DNA from: Podarcis muralis
Taxonomy: Eukaryota
DNA: 64,000 nt
Direction of reading: 5' to 3'
NCBI RefSeq assembly: GCF_964188315.1
Contig: NC_135668.1
Coordinates: 30,256,001 to 30,320,000, forward strand
Of this stretch, positions 32,963-44,800 are shown in pieces. The first letter of the stretch is position 1, and every line of letters begins with the position of its first letter. The translations under genes and the position numbers were made by a program. Below the pieces are notes generated by a model that worked only from the letters and a program-made list of their open reading frames with translations, searched no databases and was not told the origin of the DNA.

Positions 32963-33879
32963 TATTCTCTGGGTTTGGGTGTTCCCATTTCAAGGAACAG
33001 AATGGAGAACACTTTATAAACAAATGGCACTTAAAAGTTGCACCCAGAGAATTTAAAGCTGGCATTTTGCAAAGTGGAGGATGGTTGTGCACTGATGCAG
33101 CATTTGCAGACACAGAAACTCAGTGTGTGTGTGTGTGTGTGTGTGTCTAATTTTCTTTGCCCTGCTTTTGTGGAACTAATTTGCAACACTTGTCACATCA
33201 CAAGCCACACAAGCCCTGGACATAAGGGCACACACGTATTGGCTCGGGAGGATGGACTAGAAACTCCCATGACCATAAAACCTTCATCCCCCCCCTCCAT
33301 TACTTGATTTAACAGCATGAAACGTGGGGGGGGGGGGGAAATACTTAGAGTGTACTTTACGTTTCAGATAGAGAAACACCCTCGCACTGTATATAGGTCT
33401 CATGATTCACACTGTCACTAAAGAGAAAAAAAACCCCTGTCTCATCTGGCCTGTTTTACATATAATCAAGTGCAAGAAGTATCAGCCACAGTAACAAATG
33501 TACAGTACTGTGAGAACAATAATGGAAAATGGTGTGTGGCTGTCCAAGCTGTGTCCCAATAATAATGATAATTAAAGTTTTATTATTTATACCCTGCCCA
33601 TCTGACAGGGTTGCCTGTCACTCTGGGTGGCTTCCAGCACAAACAGTATAAAAAAATAAGACGTCAAACATCAAAAGTTCCCCGATACTGGGCTGCCTGC
33701 TGGTGTGGGGCTGGATGGCATAAGAGAGCAAGAGCAAGAAGATGGGGATGGGCAGCCACTGGCCTCGGGTGCTCAAGGCTTGGAGCCCAGTGGGTCCTCC
33801 GCCTTCTTCCCTGCACTTGGGTGTCCCCTTTGGGGAAAAGAGCACTCCTCATCCTCGCGTGTCCCGAGGCTGCAGGCTT

Positions 33880-34520
33880 GCAACGGAGAACACACCCCGT
33901 GGCTGGGATAAATGAGCCTCGGGCGAGGCGCGCTCCTGAGCCGCCTCCCCTTCGGCCTGCAGGGGGCGCCGCTCGCCCTCTTGCTCCACCGGAGCCACTT
34001 CTCCTTTCGTCCACCAGGGGCCGCCCTGGCGCAGCGGAGAAGCCCAGGGGACAGGAGAGCCTGACCTTGCCGCGTCCCGCCCCTGCCGCGCGCCCATTGG
34101 CTGCCTGTCGGCAGTAAACACGTGCCGATTGGCTGGGCGCGGTTCGGCGGAGCTGCCGGGTTAGGCTGTCCCGAAGGCAGGCAGGCAGGCAGGCAGGTAG
34201 GCGGGTGAGCGAGCGAGCGAGCGCGGGGCCGAGGCGCCGGCAGGGAAATAACGGGCGCGCGCCACTGGGCGCGCCCCCCACCCCCGGAGAGGAAGCGGGA
34301 CGGGGCGCTCCTACCTAGCACCGCCCCCTCGGGGCCCCGGCTTCAATGGCTGGGGGGGGAGGGGCGGAGAGAATTTCCGCGGGAGCCGCTCCTCCCCCGC
34401 TCCGCGCACAGGAACCTCCGTGGGAGTGGGGAGCTCTCTGCGTACGAGGGGAGGAGGGGGCGCTAGCGCGGGTGGGCTGTGGGGGGCCCGTTTCTCCCCG
34501 CTCCTGAGGAGCTTGCTCTC
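33880..34520 (+). promoter_or_regulatory. CpG island / PPIP5K1 promoter
   Basis: Dense CpG content. GC box near 34078, inverted CCAAT boxes (ATTGG) at 34096 and 34128, GTAAACA at 34114 overlapping CACGTG at 34119, and candidate first-exon donors gtaggc (34197) and gtgagc (34205). Confidence 0.8.
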
Positions 34521-35574
34521 TGCTTGCAGGGATCGGGCTGGGGGCCCCAGTTGTGAACTCTTTCCCCGTATGGCGATGGCGGGCATGGAAAAGTTTTCCT
34601 CCGCCTCTATCCCACAAGGAGCTCCAAACGAAGCCGAGAGCTGGAAGATCCCAGCTAGGGAAAAGGCAGGACTATGGAACTGCCTGCTACTAGATGTAGC
34701 CATGGTCACCGACTTGGATGGCTTCAAGAGTGGAGGTTTTAGTCATCAGAGTTACTAGCCACTATGGCTACTTTCCACCTCTGCTGTTGGAGAGCCAATG
34801 GGTGTGAGCTTCTGAATGATAGTCACTGGGAGCATGGTGTGGGGGCTTCTGCTGCACTCCAGGCATCCTTTGGGGCTTCCCATGGATGCATTTACGGGGC
34901 CAGTGTGGGAAGCTGGATGCTGGTACAGATAAGCCCCTTTAGCCTGACCCAGCAGCTGGGCTCTTCTTGGAGAATGAGAAGTGCTGGGTCAATGAGTTCT
35001 TCATCCTTGCACGCCACAGCTGAGGCTGTGTCAAGACTGACCTTCGGCCTCTTGGGGAGCAGTCATGGCTGGCAGGTGGCATCAGCCCCACTCACTTTCC
35101 CAGCAAGTGCCAATGCAGTCCAAAGTGCGTTTTCTCAGAAGCAAGTTCCAGCCAGCATCTTTTCCTTGGACCTCTGCTTCTCATGCCCAGCACTGACCCA
35201 CTCTGCTCTCAAGGATCTGTGCCCTTGCAAAGAGGATATTTTAAGTTAAAGGTGGCCTTTTCCTTATTAAAAATTTTCTGAAGTCTGCAAGAAAAGGGGC
35301 GGTCCATTGTTAGGAATTATCAGGGAAGAGCCAGCAAAGCTGTGATGGTCCCGAGACCCATTTTCTTGTTCTGTGGGAGTGGCGAGGGCAGTTCTGCTTT
35401 CCACCCTGCTGTGGCTTCCAGCTTTGCAAGTTGGCATGCCCATGCCTCCCTCTCTGGCCCTGGCATCCATCAGCCTCCTTGGCAGGATGGACAGGGCTGG
35501 CGTCCTTGTCCAGCCACGTGCCTCTTTTGCGACGCTTTGTGACTGCCATCCTCAGCACTTCCTTCTTTCCTTAG

Positions 35575-35713
35575 GCTGCCCAGATTGGCGAAGAGCTGGC
35601 GGCGTTTGAGGAAGCTGCCTGTGCCCTGCGAGGCTCCCTGGTGGAAGCAGCTGCCAGGCCAAGCGCCACCTCTGCCTCCTTGATTTAGCCAGCAGCCTGA
35701 AACATGCAGCAGT
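35575..35713 (+). other. PPIP5K1: Candidate 5'-UTR exon of PPIP5K1
   Basis: Strong pyrimidine tract and acceptor (cttccttctttccttag) and donor AGT|gtaaga, 123 nt upstream of the first coding exon acceptor at 35836. No transcript evidence is available. Confidence 0.5.
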
Positions 35714-35864
35714 GTAAGACCACCTCGCTGCTTCCTGCAGCGCTGGAGGGTTGGGTGATTCTCCCTCCCATCTGGCTTCTGCTGCCACAGGGGAGACTCC
35801 TCTCCCTGTCCCCTTTTGATTCTGGCTTGCTTGCAGAGCGGGATGGTTGGCCACCCAGTCTGGA

Positions 35865-38800
35865 ATGTCGTCCTGGACGACCACCATTGAGGGCGACGGC
35901 ACGACTCCCAAGTTCTTTGTGGGCTCCCGAGATGACGAGGTGGACCTCCCGGGATCAGACATGAAGATGGATGAGATTGACTTCTTTGAGGATGACGAGG
36001 AGGAGGAAGAATCAGTAAGGAGCCTCCTTGTGTGGCTGGCATAGGTGCCAATGGGCTCCCTCAACATATGGCTTATGCCTGGGCCTCTGGGATGTGTGTG
36101 TGGTGTACAGATGGGAGCCTGTTGCTGTAATCTGAGAGGGAGGACCTTTTGGCTTCCCCAACTAGGCCAATTGCCCTCCTGCACCTGGGGAGGCGGCAGC
36201 TCTCTTGAACAGATTCTGTTCGTTGCAAACAGGGGCACCTCTCTGCACTTGGGCAGAGGCTGCCCTATTTTGGGGCTTCTGGGGGAAGGAAGAGGTGCTT
36301 CTTCCACCTTGGTAGTAATCTGCTCTCTTACTCCCAAAGAGTCCCATTTAAGGCAGTGAAACAACTCGGTGCCTATTGTGGAGAAGGCTCATGTGTCCTC
36401 TCCACTTAACTGCTTGTGGATGGGATGTCTCCTTTAAGGCAGACTCTCCCTTGGGCTACCAGCTGCCTCTTCCATTGGGCAAAGGGACACCAACCCCCCA
36501 GTCTCCCCTTGGAGCTGCTCTTGGACCAGGGTCTGTGCGTTTGTGCGGCCCCTTCTTGGCTTTGTTATCCCGACTTGCTGAAGGCACTCCTTGATGATGC
36601 AGCGGGTGGGCAGTTCCCTTCCATGGCTCTGTGACGATCTCCTGGCATTCCCCTCAGCCTCCGGAGCGGCAGATTGTGGTGGGCATTTGTGCCATGACCA
36701 AAAAGTCCAAGTCGAAGCCCATGACACAGATCTTGGAGCGGCTGTGCAAGTTTGAATACATCACGGTGGTGATCATGGGGGAGGACGTCATTCTGAATGA
36801 GCCTGTAGAGAACTGGCCGCCCTGCGACTGCCTCATCTCCTTCCACTCCAAAGGTAGGATGCCTCCCAGGCTGCTACCCCAGCTCCTTCTCTGCCTGGTT
36901 CGTGTGCCCCCGACTGGCCAGCCTCCTCTGCTCCTTTTTCTCTCTTGCAGGCTTCCCACTGGACAAGGCTGTTGCTTACGCCAAGCTCCGCAGCCCTTTT
37001 TTGATCAACGACCTCAATATGCAGTATTACATCCAGGACAGGTAGGAATGTGGAGATGCTATGGACATTGGTGGCTTAGGATAGGCTGCCTCCTAAGGCA
37101 AACTGTTGGATGGATTTAGATGAGTAGGAGAGGTTATTTATATTTTATCTCACTTGCGTGAGAATGCAGATATCTATTTCAGCTTCAAAGGTCCAGGGTC
37201 CAGCATGTGTGCAGCCTAAGATAGCCTAGCCTGAGGTCTGGGTAGTGTCTTTCCTGGGCTTCCCTTGCTGCTCCACAGCAGCAGAGAGAGAGGCCTGTCG
37301 GGTCATGTCACAGGGGAGAAAGGCTGGCTGGCTAAGCAGGATGATCTGTGAGATGATCTGCTAAGAAGCAGAGTCTGGCCCTATAGCATCCTTCAGGTGG
37401 TATCCTTGCTCTCTGGTCCGTTTCCTCTGCAGGCGGGAAGTGTACCGGATCTTGCAGCAGGAGGGAATTGACCTGCCTCGCTACGCAGTGCTCAACCGGG
37501 ACCCTGACAAGCCGGATGGTGAGTGGCCTGTGAGCGGAGGGTGAAGGTGAGGGTGACGACTGCAGAGTCTGAGACATGCAGATGGCAAAGGCTCCCTTCT
37601 CTGGTCTGAGCATGCAACCTCTGTGAGTGGAGCTGCTTCTGGAGCAGACAGGTGTGGTCTTGAACGCCTTCATGGTCCAAGCACTGGGGGGGGGGGGGCT
37701 GTTCTGAGCATCCTTCTCTGGCTAGATGCTGCAATAGAGGTTTGATGAATTGCTGCATCCTGCTGCTGTTGGGGTTGTCCTGAGCTGCCACCCTTCTTGC
37801 TCAGGCTCCTCTGGAGATGGTTTGGCTTGTGTCCTGGACGCAAGAGGGGGAGCAGATGCCAAACAGCAGAGTCCTCTTAAGAAGGGCTGGGGAGCTTGCT
37901 GTGGCCCTCCGGACTTTGTTGTTGGCTGAGGTGTGTGATGGGAATTGGGGTCCAAAGAGACACCTGGAGGTCTGCTCCCCATCCTTGCCCTTAAGGATGA
38001 GTGATCCTGAGGCAGGCCTTGTCTCCTCCTTGCAGCCAGCCAGCCAGCCAGCCACCCTCCCTGTAGGGATTTCATATTTTTGTTTCATTTCCCTTTTTCC
38101 TCCCGAGGACTCCAAAGGGATGTCCATGCCGCCCCCCCCCCCGCTCATTCAGGCCAAGTGAGAGTTGAGGTCAGTCCAGGCCTTGTCCCACAGCCTAGGT
38201 GCTGCACCACCATATATAAAAGCCTGATGGTTTTATAATTTGGTGGTGCCTACATGATTTTATTGCTGTGGTTTTTTAAAATGAGCCGGTGATTTACGAA
38301 TACTCCTACAAATAAAGCCTCAACTCCACCTACTTGCCTCCTTTGCAGGGCAGAGGCTGGCTTCACCATCTGTATCTCTGTAAAGGGGAAGCAGTTGGGC
38401 TGCCTGGCTCTGTGGGGAGGGGCAGGGGCTGGAGGGCTTGGGTAGCCTCTCCCACCCCCACAAAAAACATGGTTGTGCTTTTGCTGCAGAGTGCAACCTC
38501 GTGGAGGGGGAGGACCATGTGGAGGTCAATGGGGCCATTTTTCCCAAGCCCTTTGTGGAGAAGCCGGTCAGTGCTGAGGACCACAATGTCTACATCTACT
38601 ATCCCACCTCAGCTGGTGGGGGCAGCCAGCGCCTTTTCCGCAAGGTGAGCAGGGTGGGAGGGTAAAGCTGGGAGCCCAGCCGGATTTGGCCTCTTGGTGC
38701 TGCAAGAGAGGAAGAGAGAGAGTTTGTCGGATTAGCTGGTGGGATTCCTGGATGCTTACTGTGGTTCTAGGGTGATAGAGCCCCCAGTGGGACTCTGTCC

Positions 38801-41800
38801 AGAGGTGAAAGGCCACAAGGCCTGCCCCCCACTCTGTTTTCTGGTGCTGCTTGGCCAGAATGGGCTTGGAACAGGGCAGGGCACTTGTTCTGAAGGGCTG
38901 ACAATTGCCCCTTGACTGGGAAAGGGGAGTTCTGCAGCCCTGCCCCCCGCCAGCACCTCCACCCCAGACACGCACCCCACTCCCACCGTTTGAATTCCCC
39001 GCTTCTTTCAGATTGGGAGCCGCAGCAGCGTCTACTCCCCTGAGAGCAACGTGCGGAAAACTGGCTCGTACATTTACGAGGAGTTCATGCCCACAGACGG
39101 CACAGATGTCAAGGTAGGGCCTTGCGGGGAGAGGGGCAGAGTCGCCACCTGATCTCGGAGGCTGCGGGGGAGGGACGAGGGTGTAACTTCTCGACTTTGG
39201 TGGCTCAGGTGTACACGGTCGGCCCAGATTACGCCCACGCAGAGGCCCGAAAGTCCCCGGCTCTCGATGGGAAGGTGGAACGGGATAGCGAAGGGAAAGA
39301 GATCCGTTACCCTGTGATGCTGACGGCTATAGAGAAGCTGGTGGCCCGGAAAGTCTGTGTGGCTTTCAAGGTTGGTGTTGCTTCTTCTGCTGAGGAGTCC
39401 CCTGTGCTCCTCTGTCTCCGAGGCCTGGGCGTCCTGGGGCAGAGCTTTGGAGGAAGGCCCAGCTGAGTAGTAGGGGCCCTGTTCTTCCTCCTCCTTGGCT
39501 CCAGCACCTTCTGGTTGAGGTTCCTCAGAGCCACCACCGAGGGCTCCTTAAGCCCTCTTGGGAGGCCTGCCAAAGGATCATGGTGCTGCTCCTGACCTCA
39601 GTGGCTGCAAGCAGGGGGAGGGGGCTGCTCCTTGCACCACTGCCTCCTCCTCCTCCTCCTCCTCATCCTTCTGCTTGGCTTGGTTCTGCCTGTGGCACCT
39701 GCTGCGTATGTTGGCTGCTTTAACTCTTCCCATGCCCCCCCCATTTCGCCCCCTGCAGCAGACAGTGTGCGGCTTCGACCTCCTGCGGGCCAACGGCCAC
39801 TCCTTTGTCTGCGACGTCAACGGCTTCAGTTTTGTGAAGAATTCAATGAAATATTACGATGACTGCGCCAAGATCCTGGGGTGGGTTGCACTTTGTCGTT
39901 CCTGGTTTTCCTTGGGTGGTGTGTTCCTCCCACGTGGGAAGGTGGTATGCCCTGGGTGGGGGACCTGCCTGAGGCAGCTACCAGGATGGGAAGGTCCGAA
40001 GTGGATCTCTGACCAGGTCTGGCTCCTCCCTCTCTCCCTGACAGGAACATTATCATGCGTGAACTGGCTCCCCAGTTCCAGATCCCCTGGTCCATCCCCA
40101 CGGAGGCAGAGGACATCCCCATCGTGCCCACCACCTCGGGGACAATGTGAGTGTCGTTGGGCTGGGCATTTCTGTTGTGGCTTCTGGGGCATTTTTAGAT
40201 TTTACTCTTGGCAAGCGTTCTTACTTGCCACATCTTGGACTACAACTCCCAAAATCCCTGAGCTCTGGCCTTGCTAGCTGGGGGTGATGGGAGTTGTAGT
40301 TGAATAACATCTGGGGACTCACAATTTGAGAAAGACTGCCTTAGAGGATGGTGGACTGGCTCTCAGAGCTCTGGCCTTGACTGGAGAGGAGGGAGAAGAG
40401 GATGGAGGCCATCCTTGGGTGGGACTACGTGGAGTGGGCTTATCCACCGCCCTTTTGTCACCTCTGGTTTACAACTGCAGGGCTTTTCAAAGCTCGCCAT
40501 CTTCTTGCGCAGCCTTCAACATATTCTCCACCTTTGCAAAGCTTTCCTTGCTTGGGGAAGGAGTTTGCCTCTGCTAAGTGTGGCTATTTAGAGAGCGGGG
40601 CAGCCTGAGATTGGTATCTTTTGCCACAGGATGGAGCTGCGCTGTGTGATTGCGGTTATAAGGCATGGTGACCGGACTCCCAAGCAGAAGATGAAGATGG
40701 AAGTGAAGCACCCCAGGTAAGAAGAGCCCCCCCTGGGGCTACACTCTGGGTGGGTGTCTGTTTGTGCAGCCTCTTCTCTGAGAGGGTCTTTAGTAGGGCT
40801 GGGCGATATCTGGTTTTCAACATCTATGATATATCACCAGCTAAACACTGCGATATACTGATATATCACAGTGTCTGAACTAAGGATGGAGCTACATAGA
40901 GAAATTGGTTGGCTTCACGGTTTCCCCCACATTTTGATTTTTGCATAGCATGCAAACACATACATCATCATTTGTAATATATTGCTAGGTCAAAAACTAT
41001 GAAACCAATATCATGATATGGGCTTCAGACTGGTTCTGGATGATACATTGATATATTGCCCAACCCTAGTCTTTAGCTGGTTTCCCTTAAACGCTCCATC
41101 TCCCCTGAGCAGCAGCGTAAGTGGCCACCTCAGTCTGGACCTTGTCCAGCTCTGCATTTCCCAGCCCTTTCCTTCTCAGACCCTGGACCCCCTCTAACTT
41201 TGCTGCCAGGTTCTTTGCGTTGTTTGAGAAGTACGAGGGCTACAAGGCTGGGAAGCTGAAGCTGAAGAAGCCAGAGCAGCTTCAGGTGAGGAGGACTGGC
41301 GGCTGGTGGGGCCAGGAACCCTGGGGCGCCTCTGCCTTTGCCTTCCTGGCTTGGGCTTTGCTGTGCAGGGGGGACCTCAACACACTGGCCTGGCTATTGG
41401 GGGCTGGCATGTGGGTCTGCGGGGGGTAGGGAGGTGGTGGGGCCGAGGGCCAGGTGTGGGGAGCACATGGCCCTCTGGGCCCAGAGGATATGCTCGGCTG
41501 CCCTGCCAACCCAGCCAACCCTTTGCCCTGGGCAGGAAGTGCTGGACATCGCCCGCCTGCTGGTGCTGGAGGAGGGAGCTCATGAGGACTCTGAGGCCGA
41601 GGAGCAGAAATCCAAGCTGGAGCAGCTCAAAACTGTGCTGGAGATGTGAGAAGAGGGGTGGGTGGGGGTGGGTGGGTGGGAGCAGGTGGCTTGATGGGCC
41701 CCCAGTTCCTGGTTTTGAACAAGAGCTCTGGGAGGGTAAGATCCAGCGGCATCCCCTGCCCTCCCCACTCTCTACTGGGGTGGTTTCCTCTACTTGGCAC

Positions 41801-44800
41801 CCAGCAGTTCATGCCACCTGTGGCTGTGCCCTTAGAAGTCCCAGCCCCTTGTGAACCCGTCTGGCACCTTCTCCCAGGATCTCCTTCTTGGCATGCAGCA
41901 GTGGGTGGCCTGAGTGGCGAAGGAGGGAGGAAGGGGCCTGGCTTAGCTGGAGTTATCAAGGGAAGCCCTTCCAAGCCCCTGCTTCTTCTCTCTCCTCCCG
42001 GCAGGTACGGGCACTTCTCTGGCATCAACCGCAAAGTGCAGCTGACCTACCTGCCCCATGGGCGCTCCAAAGCATCCAGCGAAGAGGAAGGCAGGTATCT
42101 GGCTCCTGCGGGGGCTGTGGGTGCCTCAGGCCTTGTGCTGGCAGGAGTGGGGGGCAGGTGGGAGTTTGCACACTACCTATGGCTGCCCCTGATGCCACCT
42201 TGGTTGAGCTGGGCCTTCCATCTCCTGGCCCTGCCCTGCTTCTCTGTGGCAGCGTAGCTGAGCAGGAGGGGCTTTCGTTTCCTTGACTTGCTGGAGTGTT
42301 GTGGCAGTTAAGAGCATAAGCTGCATAGGGCGACAAATCCATCGCATGTATTTGCACGTCTTAATTTTACAAAGGATTTCTTCCTTGCCTTTTGCCGCAA
42401 TATCCCGTTGCTGGGTTCCAACAATGTAATATAAACATGGATGAAAGCAGATATATTTATAGGGAGAGTCCCAACAAGTCCAAGCGTTCCAAATGGAACA
42501 GAACTGATTCCGCAAGACCTTCACTGTCAGGGGCAAAGAGGTATAGATGGCAAAAGCTGTGTATGAAGGCACCAGGTGCTCCTCCTTCTCCAAAACTTGG
42601 AGGGAGGTGGAACTGCCAATCTTAGCACCTGAGAGGACCTGTAGGCATGGAGGCTGTCTTTCAGACATTTGGGACCTACAGAAGCCCCTTGAATGGAAAT
42701 GAACTGACAGCCAGCACAGCTGTTTTAATGTAGGGATTATATGAGGTCTAAACAAACCCCAGCCAGTACTTTGGCTGCTGCATTTTGGACCAGTTTAATT
42801 GTCTTCAGGGACAACCCCACATAGAGTCTATTGCAGTAGTCCAGTCAGGAGGTTACCAGAGCATGGATAATCATGGCCAAGTCACCTGTCCCAGAGGGGC
42901 TGTAGCTGGCAAGACAGCCAGAGGTGGAAATAAGCATTCCTGGCCACCAAGGTCATCTGAACCTCCAGTAACCGTGATCTGGGAGCACCCCCAAGCTAGG
43001 AGCCTGTTCCTTCCAGGGGACTGCAGCCCCCTTCAGTGGAAGTCATTGCCCCACCTTCCAGACTCGGGAGCTCTGAACGCAGAACTCCTCCAACATCTCT
43101 TTAGGATTTTGAGTGTTCTGTCAACAGAGAATCCTTGGCCAGAAGCCGTGGGTGGGGCTTTGGGCATGGCTCCTGTGGCCTCCCCCAGCCCATTTCCCAG
43201 CAAGCAAGACTGACACCCACTTTGGTCCCTCCTTCCTGACTGGTCCCTCCTTCCTGACTATGGTGGTGGGGAGGCCATAGCGGCTGCTACTCTCCCTCCT
43301 GGGGATACAGGGTCTGACTCTTGACTCTCTGCTACCTCCAGAGGCCCGCAAGGAAGCCTCCCCGTCTCTGCTGCTGGTGCTGAAGTGGGGAGGCGAGCTG
43401 ACTCCCGCCGGGAGAGTGCAAGCTGAGGAGCTGGGGAGAGCCTTCCGCTGCATGTACCCGGGGGGCCAAGGTGAGGCCAGGCGTGGGGGCCACGGTAGTG
43501 TGATGGGAGGGGGAGCTGGGTTTGACCTGGAGGTCTCCATGCCTCAGCCACTACCCTTTGACCTTGAGGCTCTCCTCCCACCTTCCAGGGGACTACGCTG
43601 GCTTCCCAGGATGCGGCCTCCTTCGCCTGCACAGCACTTACCGCCACGACCTCAAGATTTATGCCTCCGATGAGGGCAGAGTCCAGATGACTGCAGCTGC
43701 CTTTGCAAAGGTCCTTGCAATCTCTGTCTTCCCAGTGACTGACTGGGGGTGGGGGTGGGGGTACCTCTTGACCTGGCTGTCTCCTCTTGCAGTGCTGCTG
43801 TGGGTGCAGTGGCAGTTGAGCCAAGGCCACCTGGGGATGACTGCTGCTCTTGCCTGCGGCCAGGCCAAGATGGCTTTCGTTCCAAAGGACCAAGCGATGA
43901 TCTGTGCCGTTCCCTTACCACCACCACCACCACCAGGTGCTAATGCCTGTGCCCCATCCCATTTTGCTCTGCAGGGCCTCCTTGCACTGGAGGGGGAGCT
44001 GACACCCATCTTGGTCCAGATGGTGAAGAGTGCCAACATGAATGGCCTGCTGGACAGCGACAGTGACTCCCTCAGCAGCTGTCAGCACCGGGTGAAAGCT
44101 CGCCTCAGGGAGATCATGCAGAAGGACGCCAACTTTGGGGAGGAGGACTTTGAGAAGGTGAGGAGGGCAGGCAGCTAGGCTGGCTGGCTGGTTGGCTGGC
44201 AGGAGCCACTGGTAAAGGGGAGGGCAGCTCCCTGGGCCAGGCCAGCTCAAGGCTTTGGCCCTTGCATCAAAGGAAATAACTTCAGCTTTCATGGGACCTG
44301 GTGCTGGCAGTGAGGCTGGGAGTGAGGAGGTACATCCTATCAGCTGCTCCCTGCTGTTCCAGGGGTGGGACTTCTGCATCGGTGATTTGGCCAGTGTCCC
44401 TTGGCATGATGGGTAGGCAGGTGAGAAGAATGGTCTTCCAGCAGGCGAACTTCCTGCTCCTTATTAAAACAAATTTCTGGTCCTGATAACGCAGGCGGAG
44501 CCTGTCCTCCCCTCTGGAAAGTTTTGGGGAAATGGGCATCAAGGATGCAGGATCCAGGAGGAGCGAATGTTGGTCATATGGCACCCTGAGGGAGGACAAA
44601 ATTTGTCCCCCCCAATATTTCATATTCATTATTTTTTGGTACAGTTGCTTTTTTTTTGGACCTTCTCAGTAGGTATCTGTATAAATACAGATTATGATTA
44701 TCATGCACGGGGGGCGGGTGTGGGGAGGGAACCACCTGCACCACCCTAAATCTGGTGTTGATCCAGGGCAGGGTTGGGGGGAAATAACTTTGCATTGTTG

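Noticed and set aside
37395-37432. GTATCCTT, a U12-type donor consensus
   Set aside because: It sits in the pyrimidine tract only 33 nt from the acceptor, too short for an intron, and the normal U2 intron explains the structure.
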